Assembly (NCBI GenBank): GCA_030390025.1
Contig: CM059446.1
Coordinates: forward strand, 38,440,001 to 38,504,000
Direction: 5' to 3'
Source of the DNA: Squalus acanthias
Taxonomy: Eukaryota
DNA length: 64,000 bases
Every line of letters begins with the position of its first letter. Position 1 is the stretch's first letter. Under the pieces are notes generated by a model. That model was given only the letters and a program-made list of their open reading frames with translations. It did not search any database and was not told where the DNA came from. This document shows, one piece after another, positions 63,653-64,000 of the stretch. A program made the translations under genes and the position numbers.

Positions 63653-64000
63653 AAATAATTCTCGATCCTCAGACCCTCAGCATCTATTTCAGTAATTTCT
63701 AAAGCCATCAAATGCAAATGATGTCTTTGTACACTTCCAATGTGATTCAAATGTTGGGCAAAGTTATGGTTTTGGGGAGTCATCTCTAATTTTTCACTTG
63801 CTGGTGCATTAGACCTCTTGTACCTGCCCACAGGTTCAGAAAGCTCACACTCTGTGTCTTGCTGCATTTTTAGTCAAAATCCTTGATGGGATCGAATCAG
63901 CCACCTGTGTTACACCCCTCCTGATTTTACTTTCCATTGATGTCAATGGGCGGGTTAGGTTAATATTACCCTACCCCCCACCCCCCACCCCCCCACCTAA

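Overview
Vertebrate genomic DNA, almost certainly from a cartilaginous fish (shark-type repeats: SacSINE1-like DeuSINE, HE1-like SINE, CR1, L2). It is intronic or intergenic, and I could not identify a host protein-coding exon with confidence. Transposons dominate. (i) A whole PIF/Harbinger series is present: decayed autonomous copies with convergent transposase and Myb/SANT genes, deletion derivatives, and many GC-rich MITEs with about 16-bp TIRs and 3-bp TSDs. One 2.7-kb derivative (23067-25761) has lost almost all of its transposase but keeps an open, correctly phased 3-exon Myb/SANT gene (320 aa). (ii) Several short TSD-bounded Penelope-type insertions carry minimal hammerhead-ribozyme motifs, and three of them form foldback palindromes. 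(iii) CR1, L2 and L1 fragments, tRNA-derived SINEs, a hAT MITE, a 22-unit 29-bp minisatellite and microsatellites are also present. TE-poor AT-rich blocks may hold conserved non-coding elements or a promoter. All family assignments come from motif recognition by eye; no database search was run.
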